From contig JACPAY010000001.1 of assembly GCA_016180575.1 (NCBI GenBank), forward strand, positions 64,857 to 128,856: DNA of 64,000 nt, given 5' to 3'. Position 1 is the stretch's first letter. Every line of letters starts with the position of its first letter. The stretch is from Candidatus Omnitrophota bacterium. GTDB lineage: Bacteria; Omnitrophota; Gorgyraeia; Aquiviventales; Aquiviventaceae. Below, piece by piece: positions 53,927-62,128 of this stretch. Below the pieces are notes generated by a model. That model was not told where the DNA came from. It saw only the letters and a program-made list of their open reading frames with translations, and searched no databases. A program made the translations under genes and the position numbers.

Positions 53927-54495
53927 GCGGGCGCCCCGCGTCGACCGCGCGCGCGACGTGCGAGGCGAGCAGCGCGGCGACCTGCCCGAGATCGAACGGC
54001 CACACGTACTCGATGGCGACCTGCGGGTGGGCGCGGCGCAGCGCCTCAAGCGCCTGCGGGATGTCCCGCTCGGCATGGACCCCGCCGGGCGTCAGCATCG
54101 AGGGGATGACCAGCACGCGGGTCGCCCCGTCCCGGACGACCCCCTCGACCGCCTCGGCGATCGACGGCCGGCAGAACTCGTTGTAGCCCACGGCGAGCCG
54201 GTCGGTGGGAAGCAGCGGCCGCAGTGTTTCCGCCAGCCGCTCGAGCCCGGTCCGGTACGGGTCGTTGCCGGGATGGCGCGGCCAGTTGCGGATGGAGGCA
54301 TCCAGCTCCGCCGCCCGCTCCTCCGCGCGATGGGGCGCGCTCCCGTTGGGTGGGACGGCCGCCTGGCGCCACTCGAGACTCATGAGCTCGCCCACGAGCT
54401 GCGGCGGGCAGTCGGTGGCCGGGGCGCCGTGGCCGATCAGGACGACGGCCAGTTGTCAGGACGACGGCCAGTTGAGCACGTGCTGGGGAGGACAT
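53919..54495 (-). pseudogene. cbiX: CbiX/SirB-type sirohydrochlorin chelatase, frameshifted by a 19-bp tandem duplication
   Basis: ATG 54495 opens MSSPARAQLAVVL. A perfect duplication of TCAGGACGACGGCCAGTTG (54437-54455 and 54456-54474) then shifts the frame and creates an in-frame TGA. Deleting one copy restores MSSPARAQLAVVLIGHGAPATDCPPQLVGELMSLEWRQ..., continuous with ORF 53919..54395. Confidence 0.7.
54437..54474. repeat. perfect 19-bp tandem duplication
   Basis: TCAGGACGACGGCCAGTTG occurs twice, head to tail. Confidence 0.95.
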
Positions 54496-54513
54496 GACTC
54501 GCGGCCTATTGTA

Positions 54514-54999
54514 TCACGCCGGTCCTACGGGCGGGGTTCCCTTTTTCCGATAGGTGCCCATGAGTTGCGCCTCGGCCAGGAGGTGCCCCCTCATGGCTGC
54601 TTCGACCTGCGGCTTGGTGGCGCCGGGGGGCACGTCGAGCACGGCATCGAGCGCGTACAGCTTGAAGAAGTACCGATGGGTGCCGCTGGGCGGGCAGGGG
54701 CCGCCGTAGCCGACGCGGCCGAAATCGGTCGTTCCCTGGCGCGCGCCATCGGGCCGCTCCTCGTCGGGAGGAAACGCCTGAGGCAGCGCCCGCGCCGATG
54801 GCGGCAGGTTGTAGAGCACCCAGTGGACCCACGTCTTGCCCGGCGCATCCGGGTCATCGGCGATGAGCGCCAGGCTGTTCGTGCCCGGGGGCGGCTCGGT
54901 CCATGCCAGCGGAGGGGAGATGTCCTTCCCTTCGCAGGTGTAGACGGACGGGATGTGTCCGCCGTCCGTGAACGCCGAGCTGGTCATGGTAAGGGTCAT
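54514..54999 (-). CDS. YbhB/YbcL family Raf-kinase-inhibitor-like (PEBP) protein
   Basis: 161 aa from ATG 54999 with DDPDAP......HWV.YN.P and GY.GPCPP.G.H.Y.F.LYALD. Confidence 0.85.
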   Translation of the reverse strand: MTLTMTSSAFTDGGHIPSVYTCEGKDISPPLAWTEPPPGTNSLALIADDPDAPGKTWVHWVLYNLPPSARALPQAFPPDEERPDGARQGTTDFGRVGYGGPCPPSGTHRYFFKLYALDAVLDVPPGATKPQVEAAMRGHLLAEAQLMGTYRKKGTPPVGPA

Positions 55000-55010
55000 G
55001 GCGCCCTCCG

Positions 55011-55460
55011 CTATGAGGGCAGGGTGTAGTGCGGACGCTCCGCCGGCCGCGAAAAGACGCGCGCCACGGTGTAGCGCCCCGCCCCGATCAGGATGAGGCT
55101 GACGAACACGATGCCGTCTTCGATGGCGTGCGAGGCCACCTGGATGCCGTCGCCCTTCGCCAGGTGCATGGCGGCCGCGACCGCCATCGTCGCCGCCATG
55201 AAGCCGGCGGCGGGCCGGACGAGCAGCCCCGTCATCAGGCACAGCCCGCCGACGCATTCCGAGACCGCGGCGAGGAACCCCCACGCGGCGGGCGCGGCGT
55301 GGATCCCGAAGCTGCCCATCGCCGAGCCGACCGCGCTCCAGCGCTCAGGGCCGCCGAGCAGCTTCGGCCCGCCATGCACCACGGCGAACATGAACCCAAG
55401 CCCAAGACGCAGCACGAGGAGGCCAAGGTCCCTGCGGCCTTCAACGGCATCCGGATCCAT
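55011..55460 (-). CDS. DoxX family membrane protein
   Basis: 149 aa from ATG 55460, with SD AAGGAGG 5 nt upstream. Contains LLVLRLGLG..F..HG..KL. and four TM. Confidence 0.8.
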   Translation of the reverse strand: MDPDAVEGRRDLGLLVLRLGLGFMFAVVHGGPKLLGGPERWSAVGSAMGSFGIHAAPAAWGFLAAVSECVGGLCLMTGLLVRPAAGFMAATMAVAAAMHLAKGDGIQVASHAIEDGIVFVSLILIGAGRYTVARVFSRPAERPHYTLPS

Positions 55461-55482
55461 CCGCCCTCCTTGGGAAAACCTC

Positions 55483-55544
55483 ATTCTACGCCACTCCCGG
55501 GGACACTTCCATTTTTCGCCAGCAACTGGCCGATAGCGAAAAAT
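55483..55544 (-). promoter_or_regulatory. candidate doxX promoter plus upstream 9-bp inverted repeat
   Basis: Minus-strand TGGAAG-N17-TAGAAT, with the -10 at 55488-55483. The inverted repeat ATTTTTCGC (55511-19) / GCGAAAAAT (55536-44) sits just upstream of the -35. Confidence 0.4.
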
Positions 55545-55615
55545 AGAAGCGTCCCCGCATTGAAGTGTGGCGATCCTGCTACAATCTGACCCGCCAACTG
55601 TCTTCTTATTTCACA

Positions 55616-55672
55616 TAACTTATTGTATAACAATGAGTTACATTTGACAAATTGTCAACAGCATGGTAGGCT
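55616..55672 (+). promoter_or_regulatory. AT-rich control region: promoter TTGACA-N17-TAGGCT with two palindromic operators
   Basis: A perfect 15-bp palindrome TTGACAAATTGTCAA (55644-58) overlaps the -35 and the spacer. A near-palindrome AACTTATTGT-ATA-ACAATGAGTT (55617-39) matches at 9/10. Bases 55621-55660 are 25% G+C by hand count. Confidence 0.55.
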
Positions 55673-55688
55673 TTGGGGTGTGAGGTCG

Positions 55689-56444
55689 ATGTCAGCCTTA
55701 CCTGACGGTCCATCGCAACAGGCGGTGTCACAGCGTCAGGTCATGGTGATCGACGAAGACCCGGAGCGGCGCCATCGCTGGTGCACCGTCCTCGTCCGCC
55801 ATGCCCTGTCGGTGCACGGCGTCTGCCCCGCCGAGGCGGCGGCGGCGGCCCGCCAATGGCCCGGCCTCATCCTGATCAGCGATGGGGCCCCGGCGGGGGA
55901 CGGCTGGCGGCTGGCGGGCGAGCTGCGCGCGGCCAATGAGCGAGTCCCCATCCTCTTGCTAGGCGCCACGCCCCGCGGGCCCGCCGAAGCCCTCCCCACG
56001 GTGCAGGCGGCCCTGCCGCTTGACGCCTCAGATGACGCCGTGCTGCAGGAAGTGGAGCGGTGGGTCAAGGGCGTCCCGCAGTCCGTCGAGATCCTGCTGG
56101 TCGATGACGAGCCGAAATGGCGGACGATCCTGCAGAACTACCTGGAGCTCAAGGGATTCGCGGTGCTCACGGCGGGCTCGGGGGAAGAGGCGCTGGCGCA
56201 GCTGGAGCGCGCCAAGCCGCAGGCGTGTCTGCTCGATGTCAAGATGCCTGGCCTGGATGGCTTGGCGACGCTGCAGCGGTTGCGCGTCTCGCACCCGACC
56301 CTCCCCGTCATCTTCCTCACCCAGGTGGACGAGGAGCAGACCGCCGAGGAGGCCAAGGTGCTGGGGGCGCACGATTATCTCGTCAAGCCGTTCATCAGCT
56401 TCGAGCAGCTGGAAGTACTCCTGCGCGCGAAGCTCGGCCGATGA
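55689..56444 (+). CDS. tandem-receiver response regulator (degenerate REC + canonical REC, no output domain)
   Basis: 251 aa from ATG 55689, preceded by SD GTGAGG. REC1 lacks the conserved Lys. REC2 has LLVDDE, LLDVKMPGLDG, FLTQ and YLVKPF. Confidence 0.8.
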   Translation: MSALPDGPSQQAVSQRQVMVIDEDPERRHRWCTVLVRHALSVHGVCPAEAAAAARQWPGLILISDGAPAGDGWRLAGELRAANERVPILLLGATPRGPAEALPTVQAALPLDASDDAVLQEVERWVKGVPQSVEILLVDDEPKWRTILQNYLELKGFAVLTAGSGEEALAQLERAKPQACLLDVKMPGLDGLATLQRLRVSHPTLPVIFLTQVDEEQTAEEAKVLGAHDYLVKPFISFEQLEVLLRAKLGR

Positions 56445-56467
56445 CGGGCGGGTGCGGTGGGTGACGA

Positions 56468-57028
56468 TCAGTACGAGATGCCGAGCTTCTTGAGCCAGCG
56501 GATGAGGCAGTACCGGCTGACGCCGAGCAGCTCGGCGGCTTTGACCTGGTTCCAGCCGGTCCGCCGGAGGGCGGCGAGGATGAGCTTGCGGTAGAGCTGG
56601 TCCCGCCCCTCGCGGAGGGAGAGGCTGGTGAGCGTGACGGGGATCTGCTCCTGCTGCTGCAGGGCCCGGCCGACCGCGTCCAGCAGCGCCTCATGGCTGA
56701 ACGGCTTGGTGATCATGTCGAAGGCGCCCAGCGCATGGTAGTAGCCGGCGGTGGCCTCGTCGCAGTAGGCGGAGACGAGGACGACAGGCAGCTCCGGGCA
56801 GGCCTTCTTCATGAGCGGCAGCAGGTCGCTCCCCTCAAGCCCCGGCATGCGGATGTCGAGCAGCGCGACCTCAAAGGCGCTGGACTTCAGGAGCGGCATG
56901 ACCTGGGTGCTGTCCGGGCAGGTCGTCACGGTAAAGCCGCGGCGCGTGAGCAGCCCCTCATACACGGTGAGGAGCTTCTCATCGTCATCGATGACCAGGA
57001 TGCGGTGTCCCGCCGCGCGCTCAGCCAT
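56468..57028 (-). CDS. response regulator, receiver + Fis-type HTH (no AAA+ domain)
   Basis: 186 aa from ATG 57028 with ILVIDDD, LLDIRMPGLEG, VSAY and ITKPF. The C-terminus is AAELLGVSRYCLIRWLKKLGI. Confidence 0.8.
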   Translation of the reverse strand: MAERAAGHRILVIDDDEKLLTVYEGLLTRRGFTVTTCPDSTQVMPLLKSSAFEVALLDIRMPGLEGSDLLPLMKKACPELPVVLVSAYCDEATAGYYHALGAFDMITKPFSHEALLDAVGRALQQQEQIPVTLTSLSLREGRDQLYRKLILAALRRTGWNQVKAAELLGVSRYCLIRWLKKLGISY

Positions 57029-57153
57029 AGCTGAACTATACCATAGGTGTTGCGCGCTCGACAAATCTGCGGGCGCTATCGCACAGGATGTGGCGCCCCC
57101 GCACAGGCGGATGCGCCCGCGCGGCGGCGCGCGCGGATTTTTCCGGCGCCGGC

Positions 57154-57191
57154 TTGGAGAACCCCGGGCCGTCAGGTAGACTTAAAAGATG
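57154..57191 (+). promoter_or_regulatory. promoter giving a truly leaderless mRNA for the orphan ATPase
   Basis: TTGGAG-N17-TAGACT. The A of ATG 57189 is the 7th nt after the -10 hexamer. No SD is present. Confidence 0.5.
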
Positions 57192-58628
57192 GCGATGGAA
57201 CAAGAACGACGGCTGTCCATGCAGTTCAACCGGGAGCATCGCGGCGACGCCCCGAACCCCGGCGGCGTCCAGCCGTCCGCCTTCCGCGGCGCGCCGTGGC
57301 TGGAGCTGACCGATGCGCTGCTGGAGCGCCTGCGCGGCCGCATGAGCCTCATCCAGCCGCGCGGCGAGCGCCGCGAGATGGTCGCGGAGGCCCTGGAGCG
57401 CGTCTTCCAGGACACGAACGGGAAGTTCCGCGCCCTGGCGGCCCCGGCCGAGCGCGAGGCGTTCATCGAGGCCTTCCTCTCATACGGCATCATCGAGGAC
57501 CTGCTCGACGACCCCGCCGTCGAGGACATCATCATCAACGCCACCAACCCGATCTTCGTCCACCGGGTGGATGACGGTCTCGTGAAAACCGACCGGCGGT
57601 TCGCGCACGCGGCGGAGCTGGCGGTCTTCGTCAAGAAGCTCATCGTCTTTGCCGGCCGGTTCGAGGTGGATTCGATCAACGACGTGGAGCTCTACGAGCT
57701 CCGGGGGCGCGTCAACATCATCCACTCGCCCTTCGGGCCCCAGATCACCATCGCGCGGGGGAAGACCCAGCCCTTCACGATCCTGCAGCTCATCGACACC
57801 GGCATGCTGACCGATGGGCTGGCCGCCCAGCTGTGGATGTACGTCGAGGGGCTGCGCGTCCGTCCGGCGAACGTGCTCATCGCCGGCGGGCCGGGGACGG
57901 GCAAGACGACGCTGCTCAACGCCCTCCTCAGCTTCATCCCCTGGAAGGACCGGCTGGTCATCATCGAGGACACCCTGGAGCTCAACACGACGTTCATGGA
58001 GAACTGCGCGCGCCTCGAGAGCTGCCGCCGCCTGAAGACGCCGGACCTCGTCAAGAACAGCCTGCGGATGCGGCCGGAGCGCATCCTCGTGGGCGAGGTG
58101 CGGGGCGTCGAGGCCCGGGACCTCATGACGACGGTGAACCTCGGCAAGTACTGCATGGGCACGCTGCACGCCTCCTCGGCCCGCGAGACCATCCTGCGCC
58201 TCCAGAATGAGCCGATGAACGTCCCGCCGGTGCTGGTCAGCCTGGTGGATGCCTTCATCATCCTGCGGAAGCTCAACACGGAAGGCAAGATCCGCCGGGT
58301 GGTCAGCGAGCTGGTGGAGACCTCGGGGATGGAGCAGCAGACGGTGCTCCTCTCGACGGTGTGGAGCTATAACCACGCGGAGGAGAAGGTGGTGGAGGGC
58401 CTGCCCAGCAGCACCTACCGCGACCGCCTCGCCACCGAATCGGGACGGACCGCGCCGCAGGTCATGGAGGAAACGGCGCGGCGGGCCGAGATCCTGCGGC
58501 GCATGCGCGAGTCCGGCCGATTCCCGGACATCGCCGCGGTCACGCAGTTCTGCCAGCTCTACGGCGACCAGCCGGACGAGGCGCTGCGCCAGCTCGGCAT
58601 CTCCCCGAAGCCGCACAGCCGCCGGTAA
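57189..58628 (+). CDS. type II/IV secretion-family ATPase (CpaF/TadA/FlaI-like), orphan
   Basis: 479 aa with Walker A GGPGTGKTT, the Asp box IIEDT.EL, Walker B RILVGEVRG and the His box GTLHA. No platform, pilin or secretin genes are nearby. Confidence 0.85.
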   Translation: MAMEQERRLSMQFNREHRGDAPNPGGVQPSAFRGAPWLELTDALLERLRGRMSLIQPRGERREMVAEALERVFQDTNGKFRALAAPAEREAFIEAFLSYGIIEDLLDDPAVEDIIINATNPIFVHRVDDGLVKTDRRFAHAAELAVFVKKLIVFAGRFEVDSINDVELYELRGRVNIIHSPFGPQITIARGKTQPFTILQLIDTGMLTDGLAAQLWMYVEGLRVRPANVLIAGGPGTGKTTLLNALLSFIPWKDRLVIIEDTLELNTTFMENCARLESCRRLKTPDLVKNSLRMRPERILVGEVRGVEARDLMTTVNLGKYCMGTLHASSARETILRLQNEPMNVPPVLVSLVDAFIILRKLNTEGKIRRVVSELVETSGMEQQTVLLSTVWSYNHAEEKVVEGLPSSTYRDRLATESGRTAPQVMEETARRAEILRRMRESGRFPDIAAVTQFCQLYGDQPDEALRQLGISPKPHSRR

Positions 58629-58640
58629 TCCTCCCTTCCT

Positions 58641-59600
58641 TCAACGCGACGCCTCCGGTTGGACCTCGAGCGTCATCCGCTCTGTGCCCCGAACGATCGT
58701 CACGGTCGTCCGCGCCCCGACCTCGCCCTCGGTCAGCAACCGGTGCAGGGCGTCCACCCCATCCACCGGCTCCTCGCCGTACGCAAGGAGCAGATCGCCC
58801 TCCCGCAGCCCCGCGCGACGGGCGGGGCTCTCGGGTTCCACAGCGACCACGAGGAGCGCCCCTGTGGCCGGCCAATGATAGAACCGCCTCAGACGCGGGT
58901 GGAGCGGCACCGTCTGTCCGGCCAGGCCGAGGTAGGCGCGGGTGACCTTCCCGTCCCGCAGCAGCCGCTCCGCGACGAACTTCGCCGTGTTGATGGGGAT
59001 GGCGAAGCAGAGCCCCTGGGCGGGGAGGATGGCGGCGGTGTTGACGCCGATCACCTCGCCGGCGGAGGTCACCAGCGGCCCGCCGGAGTTGCCCGGGTTC
59101 AGCGCGGCATCGGTCTGGAGGACGTTCTCGATGAGCCGGCCCGAGGCCGCCCGCAGCGTGCGCCCCACAGCGCTCACCACGCCGGCGCTGACGCTGCACT
59201 GAAAGCCGTACGGGTTGCCGATGGCAATGACCAGCTGGCCCGCGCGCACCGCCTCGGAGTCGCCCAGGGGAGCGGTCGGCACCAGGCCGGGCGCGTCGAT
59301 CTTGAGCAGCGCCAGATCCGTCTCCGGGTCATCGCCGATGAGGCGCGCCTCGAACCGATTGCCGTCCGGCAGGATCGCGCCCAACGCGTCGGCGCCGTGG
59401 ACGACATGGCTGTTCGTCAGCAGGAAGCCGTCCGAGGTGAACAGGAAGCCGGAGCCGCTGCCGCGCGGCGGACGCATCGCTTCGATGTTCACCACCGCCG
59501 GGCTGACCTTGTCCGCGGCGCCGATGACCGCCTGCGAATAGGCGTCCAGCGCCTCGGCGTCGCCGACGGGTCCCGCGCGAGGCGTCAGATTCCTGTCCAT
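58641..59600 (-). CDS. S1C (HtrA/DegP-like) trypsin-fold serine protease with C-terminal PDZ
   Basis: 319 aa. Catalytic triad contexts TNSHVV, DLALLK and GNSGGPL, then a PDZ-like region (..PESPARRAGLREGDLL..). No obvious signal peptide. Confidence 0.85.
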   Translation of the reverse strand: MDRNLTPRAGPVGDAEALDAYSQAVIGAADKVSPAVVNIEAMRPPRGSGSGFLFTSDGFLLTNSHVVHGADALGAILPDGNRFEARLIGDDPETDLALLKIDAPGLVPTAPLGDSEAVRAGQLVIAIGNPYGFQCSVSAGVVSAVGRTLRAASGRLIENVLQTDAALNPGNSGGPLVTSAGEVIGVNTAAILPAQGLCFAIPINTAKFVAERLLRDGKVTRAYLGLAGQTVPLHPRLRRFYHWPATGALLVVAVEPESPARRAGLREGDLLLAYGEEPVDGVDALHRLLTEGEVGARTTVTIVRGTERMTLEVQPEASR

Positions 59601-59914
59601 CAGTTCAGCTCCCAGGGGTCCCGGCAGAGGACCGCTCTCGACTCAAACAGCTCGCCGAGCACCTGCACCGCCCGGTCGGCATCCGGCCCGTTGGCCGTCA
59701 GGACCAGCGGGGTGTCGCGGACGGCGCCCAGGCGCAGGACGCCGAGGATCGACTTGGCATCCACGCGCTCCGCGCCTGAGACGAAATGAATCGCCGAATG
59801 AAACTGCTTGGCCATCGTGACGATGACCGACGCCACCCGCAGGTGCACCCCCTGCCGGCACGGCACCGTGACGCTGCGGCTGACCGTCTGTTGAAGCTGC
59901 GTCGTAGTGCTCAT
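59600..59914 (-). CDS. ptsH: HPr family phosphocarrier protein
   Basis: 104 aa with a GVHLRVAS (His15-like) context and an AKSILGVLRLG (Ser46-like) context. Confidence 0.8.
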   Translation of the reverse strand: MSTTTQLQQTVSRSVTVPCRQGVHLRVASVIVTMAKQFHSAIHFVSGAERVDAKSILGVLRLGAVRDTPLVLTANGPDADRAVQVLGELFESRAVLCRDPWELN

Positions 59915-59949
59915 AGTGTCTGCTCCTGATCAGTCACGGGGTGAAGGAT

Positions 59950-60054
59950 GCATGTGCCGGGTGACGCGGAGCGAATCCCACCCCGCCCGCAGTCCCGCCA
60001 TCGGCGGGACGAGGACGGGCGTGGGATCGCGTAGCGGCAGGACCCGGCACATGC
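59950..60054. repeat. Family E long imperfect hairpin, copy E1
   Basis: 13-bp closing stem GCATGTGCCGGGT/ACCCGGCACATGC and an apical hairpin GTCCCGCC-atc-GGCGGGAC. It shares 32-nt and 12-nt identical blocks with E2, in inverted orientation. Confidence 0.8.
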
Positions 60055-60064
60055 CCCCCTCATC

Positions 60065-60412
60065 CTACTTCTGACCCTCTTGCCACAGGCGCTGCAACCG
60101 CTCGCGTAGCTGCGCCTTGGCATCGGCCTGCGCCAGCATCGACCGCCACTGGACCCCCATCGCCTCGATGACGGCATCGGCCGCCTTCTCCATCTTGGCG
60201 CCCCACGCCTTCTGGATCTTGGCCTTGAGCAGATCCACCTGCACGTCCTTCATCGCCTGGAAGAAGGAGCAGGTCCACATCCCGGCCGCGCAGTCGACCG
60301 GGTCGCCGCTGCAGCCTGACGTCCCGCAGGGGCAGCCCCCGCGGGTCTCGGAACCGCACGGCTCCGCGCTGCGCGGCGTCTCACACGCTGATGTGCTGCA
60401 CTCACCTGACAT
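60065..60412 (-). CDS. hypothetical Cys-rich protein (8 Cys in first 48 aa + helical C-terminal domain)
   Basis: 115 aa from ATG 60412, preceded by SD AAGGAGA: MSGECSTSACETPRSAEPCGSETRGGCPCGTSGCSGDPVDCAAGMWTC, then an amphipathic Lys/Ala/Gln-rich region. No family recognised. Confidence 0.5.
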   Translation of the reverse strand: MSGECSTSACETPRSAEPCGSETRGGCPCGTSGCSGDPVDCAAGMWTCSFFQAMKDVQVDLLKAKIQKAWGAKMEKAADAVIEAMGVQWRSMLAQADAKAQLRERLQRLWQEGQK

Positions 60413-60505
60413 GTCGCTTGTCTCCTTGTTGTGGTCTTCGATGCCACCCAACACCCTGCCGTCTACGCCGCGATGACCTCTTCCATCCGCCTCACCCCCT
60501 CTCGC

Positions 60506-60535
60506 ATTTTAAACCAACTAGTTGGTATATATCTA
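60506..60535 (-). promoter_or_regulatory. operator T2 and candidate internal promoter upstream of the Cys-rich gene
   Basis: Perfect 14-bp palindrome ACCAACTAGTTGGT (60513-60526), lying between a TAGATA-like -35 and a TAAAAT -10 on the minus strand. Confidence 0.5.
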
Positions 60536-60549
60536 GGCCAAAAAAGAGG

Positions 60550-61152
60550 CTACTGGCCGAAGAGCATCTTGAGGTACGCCTTGAAGTGCTTCAGGTTCGC
60601 CGCGGCCGCCTTCATGTCCCGCGTCGCCTTCCCCAGGATCAGCGACCCCTCCAAGATCGCCAGGAGGTGGTTGGCCAGCTCGCGCGGCTCGAAGGCGGTC
60701 TTCGGGGGGTGCTGCGCTTTGGCGCGCGCCAGCTCCTCGGCGAACTGGCTCGCCCACCCCTCAAACCCCTCCGCGCAGGCCTCGCGGATCGAGGGGTTGA
60801 CGTCGCACAGCTCCTGCGCGAAGGAGCCCAGCAGGCAGCCTTTCGTCGACGGGTCCTCGACCATCCGCGCCGCGCTGTCCACGTAGGCATACACCCGTTT
60901 CAGCGGATCGCGCTCCTGGCCGTAGAATCCCCGGTGGAGCGCTTCCCCCTGCGCGCAGAACCGCTTCAGCAGCTCCCGGCCCAGGTGGTCCTTGCTCTCG
61001 AAATAGTGGAAGAAGCTTCCTTTCGTGAGCCGGGCCGCCTCGCAGATGGCTTCCACGGTCGTCGCCGCGTAGCCCTTGGCCAGCATCAGCCGCTCGGCGG
61101 CGTCGAGCAGCCGGTCCCGTGTCGGCGAATCAGCTGTGGCGGTTCGCATCAT
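60550..61152 (-). CDS. TetR/AcrR family transcriptional regulator
   Basis: 200 aa. N-terminal HTH TRDRLLDAAERLMLAKGYAATTVEAICEAARLTKGSFFHYF. Confidence 0.85.
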   Translation of the reverse strand: MMRTATADSPTRDRLLDAAERLMLAKGYAATTVEAICEAARLTKGSFFHYFESKDHLGRELLKRFCAQGEALHRGFYGQERDPLKRVYAYVDSAARMVEDPSTKGCLLGSFAQELCDVNPSIREACAEGFEGWASQFAEELARAKAQHPPKTAFEPRELANHLLAILEGSLILGKATRDMKAAAANLKHFKAYLKMLFGQ

Positions 61153-61158
61153 GAAGAT

Positions 61159-61205
61159 ACCTACCAGTTGGTATGATAATACAGGGCCGGGTGCCTCCCT
61201 GTCAA
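61159..61205 (-). promoter_or_regulatory. tetR promoter with operator T1
   Basis: Minus-strand TTGACA-N18-TATTAT followed by ACCAACTGGTAGGT (61172-61159). That sequence matches the T2 palindrome at 12/14. Confidence 0.6.
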
Positions 61206-61242
61206 GCCCCTGCCAGGAAAATTCCCGGGTGCGTCCTGGTGC

Positions 61243-61449
61243 CTAGTGGCAGGTCCCCCCGCAGCAGGAGCCGCCCTCATCCTTGATGGCCGCCCGGATC
61301 TTGGCCTGGAGCGCCGGCGTCAGCTGCACGCCGGTGTGGCAGCCCTTGGCATGCTCCGCGGCCTTCCGGAGGATCTCCGCCTCGTCCTGCCCATGCGCCT
61401 CAAAATCGCAGTCCACGCCGACATCCCGGCACTTCAGCACTTTGCCCAT
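61243..61449 (-). CDS. DUF1059 small metal-binding protein with Cys-rich C-terminal tail
   Basis: 68 aa: MGKVLKCRDVGVDCDFEA.G.DE.E....A.EHAK..H, ending in the tail GGSCCGGTCH. Confidence 0.75.
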   Translation of the reverse strand: MGKVLKCRDVGVDCDFEAHGQDEAEILRKAAEHAKGCHTGVQLTPALQAKIRAAIKDEGGSCCGGTCH

Positions 61450-62123
61450 TCCCGCGCCCTCCCCTGTTGTAGATCGCAGAACCAGAAGCCGTCCCGGTGC
61501 ACCACCTCGCCCTTCACGATCTCGATGGGCCGGCGGAAGATCGGCCCCTCGTAGACAAACGTGTGGAACTCGCCGTTCTCTCCGCAGGGATCGGCGCTCG
61601 GCGGCAGATCCGCGAGCAGCCGGTCATCGAACTCGCGGCCGCAGAACGACGGGTCGAGCTGTTTGGGGTCCACGCAGACGAGGATCGCCCGGAAGCCCGA
61701 TGCGATGAACGCCTCCGCGAGCCGGCGGGTCTCCTGCCCCCAGAGCGGGAAGAGCCCCGCCATGTCGAGCTGCGCCAATTGCCGCTCCCGGTAGCGCCGG
61801 ATGTCCTGGAGGAAGAGGTCTCCGAAGATGACGCGCGACACCCCGCGCGCCTGATAGCGTTGGAGCAGCCGCCCCATCGCCTCCTCGTAACTGGCGTTCG
61901 AGGCTTGGATGGGGATGCGGACCTGCTCGAGCGGCAGGCCGATCGCCTCGGCCTGCTCGACGAGCAGCGCGCAGCGGACCCCGTGCATGCTGATGCGCTC
62001 GTAGCCGTCGGTGACCGTCGTGACGAGCGCCTCGATCCGCAGCGCCGGGTCGCGCAGCGCAGCCTGGAGGGCGAGCGAGCTGTCCTTGCCTCCGCTCCAG
62101 CACATCAGCACGGGCTCAGGCAT
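61434..62123 (-). CDS. PP-loop ATP pyrophosphatase, Dph6/MJ0570-related
   Basis: 229 aa from ATG 62123 with the CWSGGKDS PP-loop, FGDLFL.DIR.YRE and GE.GEFHTFV. Confidence 0.75.
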   Translation of the reverse strand: MPEPVLMCWSGGKDSSLALQAALRDPALRIEALVTTVTDGYERISMHGVRCALLVEQAEAIGLPLEQVRIPIQASNASYEEAMGRLLQRYQARGVSRVIFGDLFLQDIRRYRERQLAQLDMAGLFPLWGQETRRLAEAFIASGFRAILVCVDPKQLDPSFCGREFDDRLLADLPPSADPCGENGEFHTFVYEGPIFRRPIEIVKGEVVHRDGFWFCDLQQGRAREWAKC

Positions 62124-62128
62124 GCGGC

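Noticed and set aside
55011-55460. DoxX gene as the missing fourth gene (bufD) of the bufferin operon.
   Set aside because: It lies about 14 kb away, behind many unrelated genes, and has its own SD and candidate promoter. It cannot be part of the same transcription unit. A functional link in trans remains possible but is unsupported.
57100-57188. Sigma-54 promoter upstream of the orphan ATPase, suggested by the neighbouring Fis-HTH regulator.
   Set aside because: No TGGCAC-N5-TTGC-like element with correct GG/GC spacing is present. The regulator also lacks an AAA+ sigma-54 activation domain. A sigma70-type TTGGAG-N17-TAGACT fits instead.
59911-60177. 88-aa minus-strand ORF in the ptsH upstream region.
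   Set aside because: It is Arg/Cys/Gly-rich with no SD. It is composed largely of the two arms of hairpin E1 read in one frame, and overlaps the end of the Cys-rich gene. It is most likely spurious.
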